Below, one piece after another: positions 58,606-64,000 of a stretch of DNA of 64,000 nt. The notes below the pieces were generated by a model, which searched no databases, was not told the origin of the DNA, and saw only the letters and a list, made by a program, of their open reading frames with translations. The stretch lies in IMG/VR virus record IMGVR_UViG_3300031088_000734; one strand, 5' to 3'. The stretch is from a virus. The position numbers and the translations under genes were made by a program. How positions within the stretch are numbered: the stretch's first letter is position 1; every line of letters begins with the position of its first letter.

Positions 58606-58772
58606 ATGTTAAACGAATACGGAGCAGCAGTTAAATGTTGCTGAATGGTAGCGGTGGTCGGGCGAGCCATTGTTTGAAGGAGAGGTGATTTCTTAGTCCC
58701 TCTCTTAGCAACAAGGGAATTGAGATGTTGTTGGTCTTGATTAAAACGGTTGGGTGAACCGGCTCTTGTTGC
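58606..58772 (+). ncRNA. structured ncRNA unit 2 (5' domain plus one three-way-junction module)
   Basis: promoter TTGTTA 58571 / TATAAT 58594; conserved loops and compensatory stem changes relative to unit 1. Confidence 0.75.
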
Positions 58773-58836
58773 AAACCCTATTCCAAAGAGTTGTTAAATG
58801 ACAGCTTTTTTCTTTTTAGCAGTGATGGAGATTGTC

Positions 58837-59049
58837 ATGATTGAGAATAATGAATTTGCAAGTGATTATGCTACACAACTTGTATCTAATATGACGCTTG
58901 AACAACGCCAAATGGCATTTAAACATCTTGAAAGTTTTTTTGATGAAGTTACTATTTCAACAATGAAACATGATGCACAATACATTGGCGAAGAGCGAGC
59001 AGCGATGGATCGTTCTCTTGCGGAGCTGGATGCTAAACCTGCTGTTTGA
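58837..59049 (+). CDS. small hypothetical protein
   Basis: start moved to ATG 58837 after GGAG. Confidence 0.65.
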   Translation: MIENNEFASDYATQLVSNMTLEQRQMAFKHLESFFDEVTISTMKHDAQYIGEERAAMDRSLAELDAKPAV

Positions 59050-59065
59050 TGAAATACCTTTTTAT

Positions 59066-59173
59066 TGGTGAATACTCAATTTATTGAGGTCGTAGGCTAG
59101 TCCCTTCTTCACCAGCCAGATTTGCTGTAGGCTCTTGTAGCCTGTCCGACCGGGTTGTGACCGGGCAGCACCA
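59066..59173 (+). ncRNA. two tandem ~50-nt reduced tRNA-like folds, each ending NCCA (or decayed tRNA genes)
   Basis: 59066-59118 and 59124-59173: closing stem, one hairpin, GTC linker, T-arm-like hairpin, then GCCA / ACCA. Confidence 0.4.
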
Positions 59174-59325
59174 GACGGTGCCCACCTAACAGTGGAGTCG
59201 ATATGGCGTAGGTAATCGGTTCCTATTGCAGCAATGAAATTATTAACATTATTGAGAGATTCTTATGCCGACATACGAAAAAATCTGGACACGATTATAA
59301 AATGTTAGCCCTAGGAGGGTCAATT

Positions 59326-59487
59326 ATGTCTAGAAGTGTAAAAGGTAGTAAAGGTTGTGGTTATGAATACTGGTCTAAACGTCCTATGTGCTATTCTTCT
59401 CCCGGTCGTTGGGCGAAGCAAAAATGCCATAGAATTGAAAGACAACATGACAAAGAGTTAATCAGAACTGAACTCAAAGATCTTTGA
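59326..59487 (+). CDS. small basic protein
   Basis: GGAGG RBS; MSRSVKGSKGCGYEYWSKRP. Confidence 0.7.
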   Translation: MSRSVKGSKGCGYEYWSKRPMCYSSPGRWAKQKCHRIERQHDKELIRTELKDL

Positions 59488-59648
59488 GTGGTTCTTACAG
59501 AGCAAGACCTGCATTAAGCGAAGACTGGCAGCTTGATACGGGATTTATACCGGCCCAGCGGAGTAGTGGAGTGATAGGTGTATGCCTTGACCTTAGAAGC
59601 GATAATCTTCGGTGACTTGGTGGTGGAAAAAGATAAACCACATAGAGT

Positions 59649-59675
59649 AAAAGACTTCTTCGGAGGTCTTTTTTT
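59649..59675 (+). terminator. intrinsic terminator
   Basis: AAAAGACTTC-TTCG-GAGGTCTTTT plus T-run. Confidence 0.85.
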
Positions 59676-59738
59676 ATTTGGTCATTTTTTAAAATTATGG
59701 TATTATAATTATAATAAACAAAAATTCATCAGGTATAT

Positions 59739-60791
59739 ATGAATATAAACAGAGATGTTATAATTAATCACTTTGAACATTTAAAAGGATTAATGGAAAA
59801 AGAAGATCAAGCAGTAGCACATATAGATTCTCTTAAAGATAATGGTGTTAGTTTGAATGATAGATCTCATATGAAAATGGCTGCACTTCAAGAGACTTCA
59901 TTTTATAATGATTTAACAAATAATGCGTTATTGGAAAACTTTAAACAACTTCCTGATGATGCGGGTTATATTAAACATTTAGCAGCAATTTCAATTAATG
60001 TGTACACCAGTGCTGATCATGGAATGCTTAAAGATTTCTTAAAATCTAAAGGGTTTTTATCTAACGAATTCAATTTACTAGATGATTTAAATAATAAAGA
60101 ACCTGCATTTAAGGCTCTCATTGGATCGGATTCACTAGATGGTTTGAATAGTATTATTTCTGATATAGATACTCTTTGTGGAAAAAATGATATTCTTTTT
60201 GAACGCTATAAATCTCTTATCAATAACAGTATTAATAATGTTGAAGTAAAAAGTAATGTTGAATCTGTTTTTTGGATAATGAATAAAGTGGATAGCCCTA
60301 TTGTTTTGGGCAGTAAAATAGATGACATTATTGTATTTGATGTTGGTGGCAAGCATGATTTCACACTTTCCACTCATAACATCAGCAATCCATTGGTTTC
60401 ATATAATGCACCAGAAGATAAAAAAACTGTTAAAAAAACTGGACTTATTGCTGGATTCTTGAATAATCATTTGGAAAAGACAGAAAATGCAATCAAGGCA
60501 GAAGTTTTGAAAGAAACCTTAGCTGGTTTTGAAAGCTCTTGTTTGCGTTATCAGGATAACATTAGAAATTTAACTGATTCTGTTATTGATTTCAATCTTC
60601 GTTCACATGCAGAAAAAGATCCAAATATTTCTATACTGAGATCGTATCAAATAGAACATGGACGATTAAATGATCTATTCCGTACTATTGTTCGTAATAA
60701 TTCAGACTATGTTGAAAGATCGATTGATAATAATCCTGAACAACTTAAGATTCATCAAGAAATAATTAAAAAATATGGCTTTAAACCTTAA
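59739..60791 (+). CDS. hypothetical protein
   Basis: 350-aa AT-rich ORF, no recognisable motif. Confidence 0.75.
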   Translation: MNINRDVIINHFEHLKGLMEKEDQAVAHIDSLKDNGVSLNDRSHMKMAALQETSFYNDLTNNALLENFKQLPDDAGYIKHLAAISINVYTSADHGMLKDFLKSKGFLSNEFNLLDDLNNKEPAFKALIGSDSLDGLNSIISDIDTLCGKNDILFERYKSLINNSINNVEVKSNVESVFWIMNKVDSPIVLGSKIDDIIVFDVGGKHDFTLSTHNISNPLVSYNAPEDKKTVKKTGLIAGFLNNHLEKTENAIKAEVLKETLAGFESSCLRYQDNIRNLTDSVIDFNLRSHAEKDPNISILRSYQIEHGRLNDLFRTIVRNNSDYVERSIDNNPEQLKIHQEIIKKYGFKP

Positions 60792-60847
60792 GTTCTTCAC
60801 AAAAAAAAGACTTCTGATGAAGTCTTTTTTTTTGTTTTTTTTAACTA

Positions 60848-61480
60848 TTACATTTTAAAGCGTCTTTTTGTTTCTAACTTTGGTTTTGGTGTTTCTCTGT
60901 TTGCTGCCAAATTAATCCACTGAGTGTCTTCTCTACCTTGTTTATCTATACTGTGAGATAATTTTACATTTCCAAAAAGTTTTGAATCATCAATTATTTT
61001 TGTTAATTCTGGTATGGTGTAGTAACTGAAAAATCTTCCTTTGGGATCACTGGATTCGCCTTCACCTGCCTTGAAGCTTGCATATATTTTTGCACCTTCT
61101 TTCATGCTTTCGGCAATATTCTTTAAAGCATCTTTCAATTCATTTTTGTTCAAATGAAGTAATGAAGCCATACACCAAACACCATCAAATTCATTTTTCC
61201 AGTCTATTTCTGCAAATGTCTTATTTTCTACTTTTACAGCAGAATTGTTTTTAGCAATTTCAACCAATTCTTTGGAAGCATCTATACCTTGTACATTAAA
61301 TCCTAAATTTTTGAAAGCCAATAAATCACGGCCTGAACCGCAACCAGCATCTAATATTTTTGCACCCACTGGTAAGCCCTTGGTGAATTCCTTGTGGAGA
61401 TCAGAAATGTCTAAATTTATAGTGCTTTGAGCATATTCATCAGCATTCTTATTGTAATAATCTATCGTCTCTTTATTCAT
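60848..61480 (-). CDS. class I SAM-dependent methyltransferase
   Basis: ILDAGCGSGRD, GIDAS, FDGVWCMASLLH. Confidence 0.85.
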   Translation of the reverse strand: MNKETIDYYNKNADEYAQSTINLDISDLHKEFTKGLPVGAKILDAGCGSGRDLLAFKNLGFNVQGIDASKELVEIAKNNSAVKVENKTFAEIDWKNEFDGVWCMASLLHLNKNELKDALKNIAESMKEGAKIYASFKAGEGESSDPKGRFFSYYTIPELTKIIDDSKLFGNVKLSHSIDKQGREDTQWINLAANRETPKPKLETKRRFKM

Positions 61481-61586
61481 AATATTCTTTTCTGTTGATT
61501 ATTTACATTGTACCACATTTTTTTGTTGTTTAAAGCTTGAAGAAGTGCTATAATCTTCCCATACAAACACACAAAGGTGCTTTACC

Positions 61587-61853
61587 ATGATCAGTGAACG
61601 AGTTTCGGTTAATAACTATGTTGTTCGTTTCTACACTAAAGTAGAAGACGCCCGTGATGCGGCTAAATACGAACATATGCAAGTCTGCCAGTATGGTAAA
61701 GACAATCGTTTTATCATCACACCAGACAAAGATGCTGAGCACCCTGAATTGATTGATACCACTGGCGTTATTTTCAGTAAGCGTTCGCAGGAAAATGACA
61801 GCACTGTTAAGGTTTGGATGACTGAGTTTGTAGCTGAACTCACCGTTGTCTAA
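61587..61853 (+). CDS. hypothetical protein
   Basis: 88-aa ORF after TGCTATAAT promoter and AAGGT. Confidence 0.7.
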   Translation: MISERVSVNNYVVRFYTKVEDARDAAKYEHMQVCQYGKDNRFIITPDKDAEHPELIDTTGVIFSKRSQENDSTVKVWMTEFVAELTVV

Positions 61854-62014
61854 GTAGGAACTGCTGGGGAGCAGCGTAAGACCATTAGGAGCAGTTGTAA
61901 CGACCTCGCACATGAGAATGTCCGGGGTTTTTTGTTGCCTATCAAAAATAAATAGATGACAGGTTTATCTATTTTTGATAGAATAGAGACATAATTTAAT
62001 CGGAGACATTTGTA

Positions 62015-62236
62015 ATGACCAGTAAACTTAACAAAAAAATTGATGAAGAAATGTCCGTATTTATCGCTAAAATGGAGAGTGGTTTCACACCAGACGCGGC
62101 ATTCAAAGCCATTCTTCGCCGTGTCTTGAAAGAGCAAGATCGGGATACTCGCCATGCGTGTGCCGAAAGCGTTTTGCAAACCAATAATTCAGATGAAGCT
62201 CACGAAGCCTGTATGAATTGCAATACGTTTGGTTAA
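62015..62236 (+). CDS. small hypothetical protein
   Basis: 73-aa ORF, GGAG RBS. Confidence 0.7.
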   Translation: MTSKLNKKIDEEMSVFIAKMESGFTPDAAFKAILRRVLKEQDRDTRHACAESVLQTNNSDEAHEACMNCNTFG

Positions 62237-62354
62237 TTCAAGTCTATTATTTTTTGACTAATTTAAAGAGCCGACGAATGGCTCTTTTTTTTGTTTAACT
62301 CTTTCATTTTTTACAATTTAAGCTATAATGGATGTGCAAACTAAGGAGCTTACT

Positions 62355-63038
62355 ATGTTTAAACTAATGTGTATTATATTTTCTAGCTTATTGATGACGG
62401 GGTGTGCTATTAACAACATTGGTAACACAGTGAATCGAAAAATGGATAATTATTCAATTATTGATACCATTACAGAACCACAAAGCAAGCTGGATTACAT
62501 TCGTTTTGAATCACGTAAAACGGAAGCTGCAGACACCTATTTCTCAGTATCGAGTGGTGTTCAGTGGAATGATGATTATGTGGTGGCTTTAAAAACAACT
62601 GAAAGTGCAAATGATAAGTTTGCGTGTCTTGATGAATGTGGTGTTGTGTTTATTAAGAAACATAAACAAGCACCGGTACCGGAATGGCGTCATCGCATCA
62701 GTAATGAACCTGTTACCTTGTTAGGGGCTTCGGACGAAGTTGATGAAACCTTTGTTTATAAATCAATGGATATAGATGTTTCTGCTATCAGTGCAGACAT
62801 CACACCATATCCAGTATATGCGGTACCAACCACCATTGTAGAAAACAATGCAGAAGGTGGCCCAGTCTATGGCACTGATGGTAAAGTGATTGGTATCATT
62901 TCTGGTTTTGTGAATACTGTTGATGATACAGGTGAACGTTTGACTTATCTGGATGGTTTTGATTCTGGTTATTTTGCTTTGTATATTCCTTATAGTGAAT
63001 TGATTAGAGCTTGGGATTTAGTTAAGCCAACTAAGTAA
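62355..63038 (+). CDS. trypsin-fold lipoprotein lacking the catalytic triad
   Basis: lipobox MTGC; SGVQWNDDYVVALK (no His), AEGGPVY (Ser replaced by Glu). Confidence 0.75.
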   Translation: MFKLMCIIFSSLLMTGCAINNIGNTVNRKMDNYSIIDTITEPQSKLDYIRFESRKTEAADTYFSVSSGVQWNDDYVVALKTTESANDKFACLDECGVVFIKKHKQAPVPEWRHRISNEPVTLLGASDEVDETFVYKSMDIDVSAISADITPYPVYAVPTTIVENNAEGGPVYGTDGKVIGIISGFVNTVDDTGERLTYLDGFDSGYFALYIPYSELIRAWDLVKPTK

Positions 63039-63139
63039 ATATATTCTTATTAATATTAAGGACTTTTTAGTCCTTTTTTGTTGCTTAAAATTCAATAATT
63101 TGGTATAATAGCACTTCACTATTCCATCGAGTAAAATCA

Positions 63140-63865
63140 ATGTTTAGATACGTCATTCTTGTTGCCATTACAAGCCTTATTGTAGGTTGTTCGTTTAATG
63201 CTTCCAATTATGAAGCAGAGCAAGCTAAACAGCCTGTTAATGGTCTTAAAAACTACAATGTGGTTCAAGACGCCAGTATCAACATGGGTGGACGCGATTT
63301 GAATTTCGTTACCTTTGAAAAAACAGTTGAAGTTCATGTTATTCAAAATGGTAAAATCATCACTGATACGCAATCTCAATATGGCAGCGGTGTTCAATGG
63401 AATGAAGATTATGTAGTGACGACTAAAGCTGTCAATTTTGTAAATGGATCTTCTCAGCCATGTATCAAAGATTGTGAAATTCAATTTATCAAACGAAAAG
63501 CAACCGCTCCGGTTCCTGATTGGCGTTCTCATGTTGCCAATGAACGAATCACCTTTGTAGGCATTGAAAGCGAAGCTCGTTTTCGTGCTGAATTTGGTAT
63601 GGATTTGAACGTTAAGACCTATACCGAAACCAACACAAGCACGTTGCTCAATGTAGCCGACAATCAAATTGTTAACAACATGTCAGGTGGGCCAGCTTAT
63701 GGTCTGGATGGTAAAGTAGTTGGTATCTTGACGGGTTCTACTGAGACGGCTAATCTTCGTAATTCAACCAATCGTAATTTGAGTGCCCGTGGCGAACGTT
63801 TGTCAGTCTATCTGTCCTATGAAGATGTGCAGAAAGAATGGGTTAAGTTTCAACAATCACATTAA
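63140..63865 (+). CDS. trypsin-fold lipoprotein lacking catalytic His
   Basis: lipobox IVGC; SGVQWNEDYVVTTKA (no His), MSGGPAY. Confidence 0.75.
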   Translation: MFRYVILVAITSLIVGCSFNASNYEAEQAKQPVNGLKNYNVVQDASINMGGRDLNFVTFEKTVEVHVIQNGKIITDTQSQYGSGVQWNEDYVVTTKAVNFVNGSSQPCIKDCEIQFIKRKATAPVPDWRSHVANERITFVGIESEARFRAEFGMDLNVKTYTETNTSTLLNVADNQIVNNMSGGPAYGLDGKVVGILTGSTETANLRNSTNRNLSARGERLSVYLSYEDVQKEWVKFQQSH

Positions 63866-63889
63866 TTATTTTAATATTAGGAGAATACA

Positions 63890-64000
63890 ATGGAAGCAAA
63901 ACTTAAAGAATTTCAAACCATGACTGAACGTTTTCGTGTTCTGGAAACCGAGATCCTGACTGCTATTCAAACCGTAGGTAAATCAAAAGGCTTTAACTGG
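63890..64000 (+). CDS. partial ORF running off the window
   Basis: AGGAG RBS, MEAKLKEFQTMTERFRV... Confidence 0.6.
   Translation, partial: MEAKLKEFQTMTERFRVLETEILTAIQTVGKSKGFNW

Noticed and set aside
58314-58772. Identification as ydaO/c-di-AMP riboswitch, T-box, RNase P or tmRNA
   Set aside because: Only short motifs (GGGTGAA, GCGGTG) match; overall architecture, length and other conserved blocks do not
1-64000. Alternative genetic code (stop-codon reassignment)
   Set aside because: Known proteins are full length under code 11, coding density is high, and TAA, TGA and TAG all end genes at natural boundaries

Overview
AT-rich, gene-dense segment that looks like the accessory/early (host-takeover) region of a jumbo phage; a very large plasmid-like element cannot be excluded because no capsid or replication genes lie in the window. 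It holds about 110 mostly short, mostly plus-strand genes. Many have their own sigma70-like promoter (TTGnnn-17-TGnTATAAT) and an intrinsic terminator, and the standard genetic code fits. Recognisable products: two RNA ligases (T4 Rnl1-like and DRB0094/Rnl5-like), a T4 RegB-like endoribonuclease, a KTSC protein, a zinc deaminase, three GNATs, DUF1643, an orphan N6-adenine DNA methyltransferase, a class I SAM methyltransferase, four trypsin-fold lipoproteins (two lacking the triad), an Ig-like repeat exported protein, tRNA-Leu(TAG) and tRNA-Cys(GCA), and a tnpB-only IS605/IS608-type element with a 52-bp end-fusion derivative 33 kb away. The most notable unexplained signals are: (1) a tandem structured ncRNA family at 58.3-58.8 kb with covarying stems, inside a cluster of atypical tRNA-like RNAs; (2) at least 13 proteins from several unrelated families that all end with Met exactly four residues from the C-terminus; (3) a stand-alone RNA shaped like the tRNA-like domain of tmRNA at 49.8 kb; (4) two membrane proteins ending in sliding-clamp-binding-like motifs. 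All calls come from reading the sequence by eye; no database search or folding program was run.
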